Below, in pieces: positions 1 through 12,300 of a stretch of DNA of 64,000 bases. The notes beneath the pieces are model-generated. The model was not told the DNA's origin. It saw nothing but the letters and a program-made list of their open reading frames with translations, and did not search any database. The translations under genes and the position numbers were made by a program. The DNA comes from Piromyces finnis finn. Its lineage: Eukaryota > Fungi > Neocallimastigomycota. How positions within the stretch are numbered: position 1 is the stretch's first letter; each line of letters starts with the position of its first letter. The stretch spans positions 744,001 to 808,000 of the forward strand of contig MCFH01000015.1 in NCBI GenBank assembly GCA_002104945.1, in the 5' to 3' direction.

Positions 1-583
1 GAGCCATCTTTTTTCTTAACAAACAAAATTGGGGCACCAGCAGGGGACGATGATTTCCTAATAAAACCTTTATTTAAATTATCATCTATATATTTTTTAA
101 GTTCCTCTCTTTCAACTTCAGTTAATGGATACAATGGTCCATAAAATAAAGTTGCATCATCCTTAAGCTTGATTTCATAATCATAAGGTCTATGAGGAGG
201 TAACATTTCACAATTTTTTTCATTAAACACTTCACTAAATTCTAAATATTGGGTTGGTACGGCGACTAATTTATCTTTATTAATATCTTTTTCATTATTA
301 TTACTATATGATTCATTATCATTATTACATATTTCATTAATTTTTGTTACAATACATTTAACTTTTTTTATTAATAAATTCATCTTCACTATCATCTTCT
401 TCGTTAATAGTTCTTACCAGGCGGCCTTTAATATACTCCTTTTCTTTAGGATTTTTTAAAGGAGTTGTAGAGTCAGTTTTAACTTTTTTGGTTAGACTTC
501 GGTCAAGGATGTCATGATCCAGTTGGCCTTTTTGAGACTTCTTTCTTTGCTTCCTTTTTCTTTTTCCATGGTTACAGTGTCTA

Positions 584-1315
584 TGTAAAAGTTTTATAAT
601 TTAAAACAGATTATAAAATTTTTACAATAAAACAACAACACAAAATAAATAAAAAAAAGAAGCAAGAAAATAAATTATATTTAAAAAAATTATCTCTTTT
701 ATTAGACTTATTTAGTTATTAACTAAATAATAGTCAATAACAATTACATCGTTTTAATCAAGAAATTTTACATGTATTTATATTTTTCGTAAATTATATT
801 TTAATATACTATTCTATTTAATTATACATATATTCAATATAAAATAAACAAAACTAATTTAATACTAATTTAATTAAATAATAAAATAATAAAACTAAAC
901 TAAAACTAATTAAATACACTTTTGATTCAATTTGAGTAAACTGCAAATTGAATACAGTCCATGTATTACCTATATATTAATTAAATATTAACAATACTAT
1001 TTATTATATATTTATAATTAAAAATACTAATTTCAAACTACGCTAAAGTTATTAAACTAATTTTAATTAAATAAAAACTTTTTAAGATTTAATTTGAATA
1101 TTTAAAATATTTAAATTTAATTATCCATTAATTTAAATATTTATCCAAATTCCATTTCTAACTTTGATATTTTAAAATTAATCTTTATTTAATTATTCCA
1201 TAAAATTTATACAATAAATTTTATAAACAATTTTTTCATTAAAATATCAAAATTATTATTCAATAATTATTAATTAATTATTAAATAATTTAAAGATATA
1301 CTTTATATCTTTACA
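584..1315 (-). mobile_element. Solo LTR, family C
   Basis: TGTAAA...TTTACA termini; perfect 5-bp TSD GTCTA (579-583 / 1316-1320); the empty site cagtgtctagcacaat is seen near 45555; reverse-complement copies at 47975, 55123 and 56194. Confidence 0.9.
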
Positions 1316-2152
1316 GTCTAGCACAATAACCTGAACTAAAAGCAATTTTCTTAGGATCATAAAAAGCTTCAGGATTGTGCTTTTTGATCCAAGGTAATCC
1401 AAGAATAACATCCACTCCAGGAACCTTTAAACCATACAACTGAATAACTTCGTTGTGGTTCCTGCATCTTAACATACATTTCTCCGATTTTTCCCAGACT
1501 GTAACGCGTATCTATATAAGTATTTAATAATGTGGTAATTAATAAACTTTATATAGATAATAATTTTGATCCCAATAAGTCAATTAATTTTATTTATTAA
1601 AATTTTTAATTATTTTCTATTTAAATTATTTTTTAATAATAAATATTTTTTTTTTTTTTTAAAAGTTAAAAGTTAAAAGTTAATAGTTAATAAAAACACA
1701 ATTTTTTTAATTTTCGATTCAAACCACTTCTATTTATACTTTTTCTAAATCTGATGTGGCTAAATCAAAAATTTTAATTATCTTTCTAGATTGTTCTTTA
1801 AATTAATTAAAAATTGCATAAGATGAATCCCGTGATAAAATTACAAAAAATATTTGATTTTTCGAATAAGTTCTATAAGTTTCTATGAGTCGTAAATTAA
1901 ATTGTTAAATAAATAATCTAAAATAGATTTCGGATCAAGGTGTGAGTCGAACCCGAGTGATCCAGATTAATGTCTTAAATACTAACCATTAAGACAATAT
2001 TAATTATCTAATAGATTCGTTACATGGTCTTCCTCCAGGATTCGGATACCAGACGAATCTTTGGATTCATTTTATGTTTTATTACAATAATAATTTTTTA
2101 AGCTATATAATTACTATATAATTAAACTATACTAATTGAATTACAATAAAAT

Positions 2153-2185
<33 letters not shown>

Positions 2186-2306
2186 TTATACATTTAATAT
2201 TAAATACATGCTTAAAGAAAATCTAAAATTTAAGAAAATTTAAAGAAGTTATTTTTTTTTTTAAATTAAAATTAAAAATAAATTAAAAATAAAGTTTCTG
2301 TTGAAA

Positions 2307-5300
2307 TCATTTCTTTTTGTTGAATTCCTTAAGTAGTTCTGGACAATTCAAATTTGTTTCTGGCTCCCAAGATGCTTCAGATATTGGGTATCCTTTCCAT
2401 TTAATTAGATATTGGACTTTACCATAATATCTTCTTTTATCCAATATCTCTTCGACTTCAAATTCTTCCTTATTATCCACAATAACCGGCGGAGGTGGCG
2501 GTTGCTTTCTATTGAACTTGTCTTCATGGTAGGGTTCCAATTCTGAAACGTGGATGACTGGATGAATGCGAATTTCTTTTGGTAACTCCAATTTGAAAGA
2601 AACTGGAGAAATTTTTTCAATTATTTTGTACGGACCAAGTTTTCTAGGTTTTAACTTCTTATTACCATTACGCATTATTAAAGAACTGTTGATCCATACT
2701 TTATCATTTACCTTGAGTTCAGGGGCTTTACTTCTGTGTTTGTTTGCGAATTTTTCTTGTTGATTAATGGATTTCTTCAAGTTATCTTTAAGAGTTTTAA
2801 TTATTTCTTTGAAATTTCTTGTGAATTCATCCGCAGTTGGTATCTCGGTACGACTTGGTAAAATTGGAGAATGTTTTGGATTATAGCCATAGTTAGCAAA
2901 AAATGGTGAAGTTTTGGTAGATTCTTGAACGGCATTATTGTAACTAAATTCAGCAAGATGTAAGAACTTGTACCAGTTAGAGCCTTTATAATTTGAGTAA
3001 CACCTTAGGTATTGTTCTACAACGGAGTTTACCCTCTCCGTCAGCCCGTTTGTTTGGTGATGGTAGGAAGAAGAAAATTTTAGGTTTATATCAAAAGATT
3101 TGCAAATTGAATTCCAGAATTTAGAGGTAAATTGAGTACCTCTATCCGAAAGAATTTCATTTGGTAATCCATGGAGACGAAAAACGTTGATCATGAAAGC
3201 ATCAGCAGTATCGGAGGCAGAAGGGATGTTCTCAAAAGGAATGAAGTGGCATAATTTAGTTAATCTATCGGTGACTACAAGAATGCAAGTATACTTTTGG
3301 GAAGGTGGGAGATCCGTAATAAAGTCCATAGATAAGGAAGACCAAGGACGTTCAGCAATTTCCAAAGGGGAGAGAAATCCATAGGGTTTGTGTCGAGAAT
3401 CCTTTGATCGGCAACATATTTCGCAAGACCTAACATATTCTTTGACATCGACTGAGAGATAAGGCCACCAAAAGTCACGAACAATAAGGGAAGTAGTTTT
3501 CTTTAATCCGAAGTGTCCAGCGGAGGGTGAGTCATGGCAAATTTTAAGAACTTCCAAACGACAATCTTGGGGGACATAGATCCTATTATTGAATAATAAT
3601 ACACCATCTTGAATTTTAAAGTTTTCGATTTGCGAATGAGGGACTGGGGGAATTTGAGTTTCTAAATATTTGCATACTTCAAAGTAAAATTTATCATCTT
3701 TGCTATTTGAAATGATTTTATCCATAAGGGGATTGTTATCCAGAACCATGGCACAAAAGTTTTCGGGTCTAAGGACGGAATTTGGAATGTCATTGTTATA
3801 CTTAAAATTTTCTAAGTAATCTGGTCTTCTAGATAAAGCGTCAGGTTTACCATTAGCAGAACCCGACCGATAAACGATGATAAAGTTAAACTCGGCAAGG
3901 AACAGAGACCAACGAACTAATCTTTGAGTCATTTTTTCGGGTTTCTTCTGGTAGAGCAAATTTCTATGATCCGAGAAAATCTTGAAAGGCTGAGTAGTTC
4001 CTTTGAGTAGATGTCGCCAAGTTTCTAAAGCAGCTACAATTGCTAAAAGTTCTTTATCGTAGATCGGATAGTTCCTTTCAGAAGAACTAAGCGATCTAGA
4101 GAAAAATGCCACTGGATGAACCGACTTGTCTTTTGGATTCGTTTGTGAAAGGATTGCTCCTATAGCGAAATTACTTGCATCCGTTTCAACTATGAAAGGT
4201 ATATCACGATTCGGGTATGCAAGAACAGGGGAAGAAGCAAATTTGGATTTGATTAAACTAAAAGAATTTTCACACTGATGAGAGAAGCAGAATTTAACAT
4301 CCTTCTTAAGTAACGCATTCAGTGGTTGTGCGATCTCAGCAAAACCGGCAATGAATCTTCTATAATAATTAGCTAACCCAAGAAACGCTTGAACCTCTTT
4401 AACGCTTTTAGGAGTTGGCCATTCCAAGATAGATGCAATTTTCTTTGGATCCATTAAAATACCTTCAGAAGATATACGATGACCTAAGAAATCGATAAAT
4501 GGGACAAAGAACTCACATTTTTCAAGTTTTGCGTAAAGTCCCGCTTTTCTAAGTCTTTTAAGTACTTCTTTAACCTGGATTACATGGGTTTTAAAATTTT
4601 CCGAGAAAATTATTAAGTCATCAATATAACTAAAGACAAATATTCCCAAGATTCCCTCAAGCACATCATTAATGAAATGTTGAAATACTGCAGGTGCGTT
4701 TTTCAAACCAAACGGCATTACAGTATATTCAAAGTGTCCATATTTGCAAGTAAAAGCAGTTTTGAATTCATCACCTTCTTTGATCCTCACAAGATTATAA
4801 GCGGATCTTAAATCAAGTTTGGAGAAGATGTTGCTTTTACCTAGATGTTCCAACATGTCATTAATTAATGGTAAAGGGTATGAATCACGGATTGTGATTT
4901 CGTTTAATTTCCTATAATCTTGACATAGACGTAGTTCACCATTTTTCTTCGGGACAAAAAGCACTGGGGCACCAGCCGGAGACTTCGAAGGTCTGATGAA
5001 ACCTCTTCGCAAATTTTCATCAATGTATTCCTTCAATACCATTGATTCTTTATCCGTTAAAGGATAAATTGGTCCATAGAAAAGTTTGGAGTCCGGCTTA
5101 AGACGGATTTCACAATCGTATTGCCTATGTGGCGGCAATTGTTCAGCGGCTTTTTCATTAAATACATCTTCAAAGGCTTGAAGTTCAGCGGGTAGAATAA
5201 CTTCTTGATTACTAGAAGTGTTAGTGGTGGAATCTTGACTTTTTGGAAGATTTGTTACAGAATCATGGATATAAGAATTGGTTGAAGTGCTACAAGAAGG

Positions 5301-6542
5301 TTTGGAATCATTAGAAATAGAAGAAATAACATAAGTAGGGGCAACATTTGGAATGACAGAGCAATGTGACAAACAGAAATTTGAATTAAAAGATAATTCT
5401 TTTTCAACGAAGTTAATAATAGGGTTGTGCTGATGTAACCATTCAGCACCTAAGATACCACAATATCCCGGGAGGTCTACAATATAAAATATAGTTTTAC
5501 ATTGGTGGTTTTTGTATTTAATTGAAATTGGGATGGATTTACCTAAGACTTGTTGTTCCCCACCAATACCAGAGATTTTGTCGAGAGAGACGGATTTATC
5601 AAAAGGAATGTTGTTTTCTTCTGCAAAGACCACATCTATTAGGTTAAGTTGGGATCCTGAATCAATTAGTAGTTTAGTGTTAACGGAGACGTCGGAAGTA
5701 TTGAGTTGGAACTCAAAAACTGGTTGTTTCAAATGGGGATTATCGGAGAATCTTATTCTAGGTTTCTTTTCAGGCATAGAATTAGAAATATGAGTCCCAG
5801 CTGTTTTTTCATTTTTACTTCTTTTTGGACAGTTGTTTAACTTGTGATCTGGAGAACCACAATATAAACAGAGATTCTCCTTAATTCTTCTAGCCTTTTC
5901 TTCTGAGGTAAGCGGTCCGTAAGTTTTCTTATTTCTCGAAGTGAAAGGTTTTCTATTTGCTTCAGTTCTTCGGTTTTGATTGGTGCTATTAGAGTGATTG
6001 TTGTTGAAAAATCTTCTATTAGTATCGATTCTAGAATCGATTCTTGATGCTATAACTTGTAAATTTAGTAGCGTTTGTGGACCGGGAAACATTTCTAAAA
6101 TTCTATTGGCGACTTGATCTTGTAGTCCAGCTAAGAAGGCGTCCATTTTTGCACTTTCGTTCCAAGAGGAGTCATCAGAGTATCGGTTAAATTCAAGAAT
6201 ATATTTTTGAATTTCTCCGATTTTCCTTTGCTTTATAGTTCGAAGCTTTTGATTAGCCACAAATGTTGAGTCGTTGTTGCCAAACATAGATTTAAGCTTT
6301 GTAACAAATGAGTCATAATTTAATAGGCATTCGTCATGGTTGTGAATTAATGATGCAGCCCAATTCAAGGCTTCACCATATAGTCTTGAAATAATATAGA
6401 CGATTTTTGCTTCGTCATCCGCGTAGCGCTCTGGGTAGACCATAAAGATTAATTCTATTTTGGCGAGAAAACCCTTAAAGAAACGACGATTTCCAGCGAA
6501 ACCATCCTTCAACGTAGCATGGTTCATCAATTCTTCATCCAT
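2307..6542 (-). CDS. gag-pol: Gag-Pol polyprotein 1411 aa: gag, CCHC knuckle, aspartic protease, RT, RNase H, integrase, C-terminal chromodomain
   Basis: [14 protein letters not shown]; LLIDSGS; YIDD; TDAS; H2C2 and D,D35E integrase; [18 protein letters not shown] chromodomain. Confidence 0.97.
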   Translation of the reverse strand: MDEELMNHATLKDGFAGNRRFFKGFLAKIELIFMVYPERYADDEAKIVYIISRLYGEALNWAASLIHNHDECLLNYDSFVTKLKSMFGNNDSTFVANQKLRTIKQRKIGEIQKYILEFNRYSDDSSWNESAKMDAFLAGLQDQVANRILEMFPGPQTLLNLQVIASRIDSRIDTNRRFFNNNHSNSTNQNRRTEANRKPFTSRNKKTYGPLTSEEKARRIKENLCLYCGSPDHKLNNCPKRSKNEKTAGTHISNSMPEKKPRIRFSDNPHLKQPVFEFQLNTSDVSVNTKLLIDSGSQLNLIDVVFAEENNIPFDKSVSLDKISGIGGEQQVLGKSIPISIKYKNHQCKTIFYIVDLPGYCGILGAEWLHQHNPIINFVEKELSFNSNFCLSHCSVIPNVAPTYVISSISNDSKPSCSTSTNSYIHDSVTNLPKSQDSTTNTSSNQEVILPAELQAFEDVFNEKAAEQLPPHRQYDCEIRLKPDSKLFYGPIYPLTDKESMVLKEYIDENLRRGFIRPSKSPAGAPVLFVPKKNGELRLCQDYRKLNEITIRDSYPLPLINDMLEHLGKSNIFSKLDLRSAYNLVRIKEGDEFKTAFTCKYGHFEYTVMPFGLKNAPAVFQHFINDVLEGILGIFVFSYIDDLIIFSENFKTHVIQVKEVLKRLRKAGLYAKLEKCEFFVPFIDFLGHRISSEGILMDPKKIASILEWPTPKSVKEVQAFLGLANYYRRFIAGFAEIAQPLNALLKKDVKFCFSHQCENSFSLIKSKFASSPVLAYPNRDIPFIVETDASNFAIGAILSQTNPKDKSVHPVAFFSRSLSSSERNYPIYDKELLAIVAALETWRHLLKGTTQPFKIFSDHRNLLYQKKPEKMTQRLVRWSLFLAEFNFIIVYRSGSANGKPDALSRRPDYLENFKYNNDIPNSVLRPENFCAMVLDNNPLMDKIISNSKDDKFYFEVCKYLETQIPPVPHSQIENFKIQDGVLLFNNRIYVPQDCRLEVLKICHDSPSAGHFGLKKTTSLIVRDFWWPYLSVDVKEYVRSCEICCRSKDSRHKPYGFLSPLEIAERPWSSLSMDFITDLPPSQKYTCILVVTDRLTKLCHFIPFENIPSASDTADAFMINVFRLHGLPNEILSDRGTQFTSKFWNSICKSFDINLKFSSSYHHQTNGLTERVNSVVEQYLRCYSNYKGSNWYKFLHLAEFSYNNAVQESTKTSPFFANYGYNPKHSPILPSRTEIPTADEFTRNFKEIIKTLKDNLKKSINQQEKFANKHRSKAPELKVNDKVWINSSLIMRNGNKKLKPRKLGPYKIIEKISPVSFKLELPKEIRIHPVIHVSELEPYHEDKFNRKQPPPPPVIVDNKEEFEVEEILDKRRYYGKVQYLIKWKGYPISEASWEPETNLNCPELLKEFNKKK

Positions 6543-6880
6543 ATTCTTTATTTTATTGAAAATATCTAATTTTAATTCAATTTAATCGTATAATATATCC
6601 AAGAGAGTCCAAAAGAGTCCAAAAGAGTCCGAGAGAGTCCAAGAGTCCAAGAGTCCAAGAGAGTCCAAAAGAGTTGTAAAACAATATACAAAGGTAGTGT
6701 CTATTGCCTAGAGAAAAAATAAAGGAGTAAACAGAAGTAGTATCTAAAGTAGCAAAACAGAAAAGTACAAAAGTCAGGTAGATACTAATATACAAGTGGA
6801 TATTTAAACCAAGGGTAGACACTATAACAGGTAGGAAAAATAAACAAATTAATTAAGGTAAAGGGAATATGTTACAACTG

Positions 6881-6891
6881 GTGTTTTTATT
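6881..6891 (-). promoter_or_regulatory. Self-priming PBS of family A element (AATAAAAACAC), complementary to 7081-7091 in its own LTR
   Basis: Plus strand GTGTTTTTATT at 6881-6891 is the exact reverse complement of AATAAAAACAC at 7081-7091; no TGG-type tRNA PBS present. Confidence 0.75.
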
Positions 6892-7122
6892 GTAACGCGT
6901 ATCTATATAAGTATTTAATAATGTGGTAATTAATAAACTTTATATAGATAATAATTTTGATCCCAATAAGTCAATTAATTTTATTTATTAAAATTTTTAA
7001 TTATTTTCTATTTAAATTATTTTTTAATAATAAATATTTTTTTTTTTTTTTTAAAATTTAAAAGTTAAAAGTTAATAGTTAATAAAAACACAATTTTTTT
7101 AATTTTCGATTCAAACCACTTC

Positions 7123-7130
7123 TATTTATA
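7123..7130 (-). promoter_or_regulatory. Putative LTR TATA box (TATAAATA), about 30 nt upstream of the self-primer
   Basis: Same TATAAATA and spacing in LTR families A, B (9819-9826) and C. Confidence 0.6.
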
Positions 7131-7484
7131 CTTTTTCTAAATCTGATGTGGCTAAATCAAAAATTTTAATTATCTTTCTAGATTGTTCTTTAAATTAATT
7201 AAAAATTGCATAAGATGAATCCCGTGATAAAATTACAAAAAATATTTGATTTTTCGAATATTCGAACTTATTCTTTTTCGAATAAGTTCTATAAGTTTCT
7301 ATGAGTCGTAAATTAAATTGTTAAATAAATAATCTAAAATAGATTTCGGATCAAGGTGTGAGTCGAACCCGAGTGATCCAGATTAATGTCTTAAATACTA
7401 ACCATTAAGACAATATTAATTATCTAATAGATTCGTTACACAGACTCTTGAAATTCCATCATTGACCCCGGAAACACGGAATGG

Positions 7485-8125
7485 TGTCAAGAGTTAGAGT
7501 GGATTTAGAATTATAATTAAGTCTACTAGGTTAGGATAGGCTTAATTATATAGTAAATAATAAATTTTTATAAATAAAAGAGTAATAAATATAGTTTTTT
7601 AAGAAATATTTTATTTAATTTTTATAATATAAGTAAATGATAATTATTAATTTTAAATATTGAATTTACTATATAAAAATGAGTATAATAATCTCACAAA
7701 GAACTTCTTAAAGTTGTTCTTTGTTCAACTTATTTATACTTCATTTTTAATATAATGTTGATATTAATAAAGTATAATAATAATATAATTTAAGTTATAC
7801 ATGTATAATAATATAAATATAAATATTAATAAAATATAATAATAATAATAATATAATTTTCTTTAAATATCGATATTAATAAGTTGTTAAAAATAATATT
7901 AATAATTATTTAAATGAATCTTATTTTACTAATTGGTTTGTTTAATATTAATTAATTGTTACACTATTTATCTCCGGATAATAAATAGCTTTCCAATTAA
8001 TATTTATATTAAATAAACTATTATTAGTAAAATATTATTAAATTAATATTTTAATTAATTTAACTAATAATTCAAAATTATGAAATTTCATGAAATGTCA
8101 AATTTCATGAATTGTGATTTTGACA
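7485..8125. mobile_element. Solo LTR, family D
   Basis: TGTCAAGA...TTTTGACA termini; perfect TSD AATGG (7480-7484 / 8126-8130); partial similarity to about 10850-11250. Confidence 0.82.
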
Positions 8126-9185
8126 AATGGGTCAACATTCTCAAATTTAATACCGAGATTCTTAGCAATATCCGGGTTAATAAAATTTAACTCAGAACCA
8201 GAATCAATCAACACCTTGATTTTCGCTTCAGGAACCTCATTAGTACTTAAATAAAAGTCAATGAAATTCAAATCATCTTTTTTATTCATTACTCCTACTT
8301 TGTAAATTTTTGATTCAACAATTTTAGGGGTTTTTCCTTAATAATTCTAAAAACTTTCTTGGGTTTTACTCTGTTTGGACAATTAAATTTAAAATGCCCT
8401 GGATTTTTACACAAAAAGCAAACCCCCTTTCTCCTTTCTTCCTCAAATGTTCTCGGGCTTTCATCATAATTATTACTAGTTCCTTGAATGTTTACGAAAC
8501 GTTTACGCTTCTTTTCAGCACTAATTCTAAAAACATCAACATCCATAGGATCATTAGCCTTTCTATTATTAAAATAAAATTCACTCAAAGAATTCCTTTT
8601 CATCATATCTTCAACTAATATGGTTGAAGATATTAACTGTTCCAAAGATGATGGGTTTGTTTCAACAAACGCCAATTTTTCTCTGAGTAATGGATTTAAA
8701 CCTTTCAGAAACATATAGATCTTAGCACTTTCGTTGAAGCTAGAATTTTGGCTAACTCGTTGAAACTCGGTGATATAATCAACTACTTGACCAAGTTTTC
8801 TTTGTCTAATGTCATCGAGTCTACCGTTTGCAACAACGGTGTCATATCGATCACTACTGAAATTAGCCTTGAGTCGATCTATAAATTCATCATAACGGTT
8901 CAATACATTACTATTATTCCTCATAAGTGATGATGCCCACTCCAGGGGTCTAACAGAGAAGTAGGAAATAACGAAATCAACCCGGACGCGATCTGTATTG
9001 TACAGTGCCGGTCGAGTTCGAAATACCAATTCTACTCTAGTTAAAAACCCATCTAAATCTCTATGTCTACCAGTAAACAACGGGGTAGCATTAATAATGT
9101 TCCCTGGATTTACTGAAGAACCACCACCTCTTGCATCCATTCCTTCTAAATTTAAATTATCAAAAGTATTAATTAATTCCTCCAA
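8126..9185 (-). pseudogene. gag: gag plus protease of the family B host element, 1-bp frameshift near 8330
   Basis: CFLCKNPGHFKFNC knuckle; [12 protein letters not shown] protease; the copy at 45938-46065 is in frame across the same site. Confidence 0.88.
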
Positions 9186-9657
9186 CTCTAATTCAAAACA
9201 CAGAGAAGTAAAATTTAAAAAATAAAAACGCGTGTTTCTTACTATTATTCCAAGTAAATAATATATTTTTTTTTAACTAAAATTTTCGTCTTCTAACAAT
9301 AAGTTAATAAATTATTACAGACTCTCTCTGTATAATTACAGTGTCGAACAGGTTATCAACTAATGTTAGTTCCAAGTTTCAGCCGTAATATTAGCCCTTA
9401 CAGTGTAAAATATTTGAAAAATGTTCCGACAAGTTAAAATCTTCTTGTAGTCCGGAAGAATGCTCCAAAGTTCTTGATAATCTTCCTCAGGTAGCCCTAA
9501 AATTTTTTTTTTTTTTTTTAAAATTTCTTCTATTCCTTCAAGTAGAGTCCTCCAAAGGTTCTTCTATTTCTTCTAGTAGAATTTCCTAGTAGAATCCTCC
9601 AAAAGTTCTTCTTGATACCCTAACGTATTCGTTACTCTTCTTTTAGGTAATTGTTAT

Positions 9658-10253
9658 TGTAAAGTCAGACACTAAACCGAATAGATTAGGATATCTAACC
9701 TATTACAATAACAACACAAAATAAATATGTTTTATAAAGAATAGTTTATTTTTTATTAATTTATTGTAATAAAATTGTTAATAACAATTACATCGATAAA
9801 ATGATGAAAAATATCTTCTATTTATATTATATTATAACTATTTATTTCTTATATATTATTATTTAAAATCTACACTAAAATCTTGATTATTAATAAATAT
9901 TTAAACTATAACTATTTTTAGTAAAATACAATTGGCAATTCAAATTAAGTACCATTTAATTTGAATATGTGCCCATGTATTATTGATATATTAATCATTT
10001 ATTATTTATATATTAGTTATCTATTTCTATAAAAAAACAATACTAAAACTAGGGATTTAAATTGAGAATTTTAATTTACTTATTAAACATTAAAAATAAA
10101 TTAATAATTTATTTTGTTTTAAACTTTAATTATTAATAAATAAATTATGTCTCATTTTCTTTTTCTGTAATATAATTTGTGTAACTTAAACAATAATACT
10201 TATGGCTTAAGTTACATTAAAGATATCAAGCTGAGGTTTTTGATATCTTTACA
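9658..10253 (-). mobile_element. LTR, family B, with a self-priming PBS on its left and a PPT on its right
   Basis: TGTAAA...TTTACA; GTAATTGTTATT at 9647-9658 is complementary to AATAACAATTAC at 9780-9791; purine tract GAGGAGGGCCAT (minus) at 10254-10265. Confidence 0.88.
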
Positions 10254-10620
10254 ATGGCCCTCCTCGAGGATTCGGATACCAGACGAATCGTAAAGAACTA
10301 AACTAATTTATTAAATATTTAATCGAGTGAATTTTTTTTTTTTACATTATAAGATTTTAATTACATGAAAATATATTTTAAAATAACTAAACTAAAATTA
10401 AGAAAATAATAATTTTTTTTTTAAATCTCTCTTCTCTTTTCATTTACTATAAAATAAAATAATATAAAACAATATAAATTAAAGGTTTAACATTTTAATT
10501 TCTTTCATTAAATTTCTTGAGTAATTCTTCACAATTGAGATTTTTTTCAGGTTCCCATGAAGCCTCGTTGAGAGAGTATCCTTTCCATTTTATCAAATAT
10601 TGTGTTTTTCCGTAATGATA
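10254..10620 (-). pseudogene. 3' end of a chromovirus: chromodomain remnant, 3' UTR and PPT
   Basis: Minus-strand translation IKWKGYSLNEASWEPEKNLNCEELLKKFN around 10510-10600. Confidence 0.8.
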
Positions 10621-12064
10621 TAACCGCTAGTACTATTTTAGCTGTAGTTGAAGAAAATAAACCTAATAAAATAGAAAATAATAATAATAATAAAATGGAT
10701 ATTATTAATAATATAATTTCTAATATCAAAGTTGATAACGATGTTGATATTAGAAAATAAAATAATAATAATTTTATAATAGAACGCAAATCTAAACACA
10801 ATAGGCTAGTATATAAAATAAGTAATCAAAAAAAATTATTTTTTTTTAATTTTTGTAAAGTGGGCTAGGATTGGTATGTAACTTGGTCAGAATGTTTTAT
10901 ATAATATAACTTAATTTACTAATAAAATATTAAACTTATTTATTATTAAATCTTTTCTTCAGAACTTATTAAAGAATTTAAATAATACTAATTTAAAAAT
11001 TAAATAGGTTTTTATATTTAAAATAAGAATTTTAATATAATTTAATTATGAAATTTGTTTATTAATTATTTATTTATTAAGATAATATTTATTAAGTTAT
11101 ATTATAGTTAATAATTAATAATTAATAATCTTACAAAGAATTTCAAAATTGATTTCAATTCTTTGTTTAAATACTTTTTTCTTACATATAATAAAATTAC
11201 ATTGATTTTAATATTGATATTAATAATAAAGATAAAAATAAAATAATTTTAAATTAAAATATTAATAATTGATATTGATATTAATAATATGAATTCATAT
11301 GATAGATCTTAAGATTAATTTTTTAAATTACTTTTAAATAAAAAGTATTGTTTTAATCATTTTAAATTGTAAATATTTAATATTATAAATTGAGAATAAC
11401 AATTACTGATACTAATTATATATTCTCATGATTAATTAATTAATAATTATAACTAATGATTTTTGATCCAAAGGCTTTTTTGGTTTGATTATGATTGAGG
11501 TTATTAATCAAAATTATTTGAAAATTATTAATTAATTTTTATAATTGATTAGGTTTGTAATCAAGAATATTTATTATCTAACCTTATTTAATAATAATGG
11601 AGAATTTTTAAATTGAAATATTTATAGAAAGTTGGATGACTTGAATAATGACTTTAATTATATAAATTAATATTGATCATTTTAATATATATTTATTGGA
11701 ACTAATTAATTCTTTAATTAGCTATATCTCAGGAACTAGTGGTCTAAATTAGCTGAAAATTTGTGAGAATATAGATCTCAATTAGTACTTTCTAATAAAG
11801 TTGATTTGAATTCTCTAGAAAAGGAAAATAGGACGCGAGATTCAGAAGTTGTCACTAGTTTCGTATAGTACATTTTCTTCTCAAGGGTTAATTTATTGAA
11901 AATTAAATTTTTGTGATACTTAACCCTTCTCAATATTACATTTTCCCTAGTGATCTTTTTAATTATTTTTAAAAGTGTTTTATAATTTTTGAAATATAAA
12001 TTTGATTTTTAAATTGTTTATTTGAATATTTAATTTATTTTTTAATCGTCTTCTATTCTTGACA

Positions 12065-12300
12065 AGATTTTAAATAATAATATATAAGAAATAAATAGTT
12101 ATAATATAATATAAATGTATTTAGGAAAAATATAAATAGAAGATATTTTTCATCATTTTATCAATGTAATTGTTATTAATAAAATTTCTATTATAATAAA
12201 AGATATTTTTTAATAAAACAATTTTTATTTTTTATTTTAAATTTAGTGTTATTGTAATAGAATAGATATCCTAATCTATTCTTTCTCTGTCGCCATTACA
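12065..12300 (+). mobile_element. Partial family B LTR (3' part) abutting a gypsy RT
   Basis: Reverse complement of the left part of 57342-57925; contains TATAAATAGA...GTAATTGTTATT; ends CATTACA at 12300. Confidence 0.8.

Larger units (their letters stand above)
1500..7440 (-). mobile_element. Full-length Ty3/gypsy chromovirus (family A), apparently intact
   Basis: LTRs 1500-2024 and 6891-7440 (TGTAAC...GTTACA) are nearly identical; TSD CAGAC (1495-1499 / 7441-7445); PPT GGAGGAAGACCA (minus strand, 2025-2036); single uninterrupted ORF. Confidence 0.97.
1..10253 (-). mobile_element. Older Ty3/gypsy (chromovirus-type, 'family B') host element: 5' LTR 9658-10253, gag, protease, start of RT; interrupted by three nested insertions and running off the left edge
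   Basis: Host pieces 1-583, 1316-1499, 7441-7484 and 8126-9185 join into continuous gag-protease-RT coding (e.g. VDPF|RVSG across 8130/7480) once the insertions and one TSD copy each are removed; colinear with 45000-46065. Confidence 0.88.

Noticed and set aside
8295-8345. Programmed -1 gag/pol frameshift
   Set aside because: No canonical slippery heptamer, and the related copy at 45960-46000 reads through in frame (KERTPK), so this is a 1-bp loss in an A-run.
11880-11930. AGGGTTAA...TTAACCCT piggyBac-like ends (also near 54303)
   Set aside because: Only 7-9 bp, facing outward, with no transposase or paired element.
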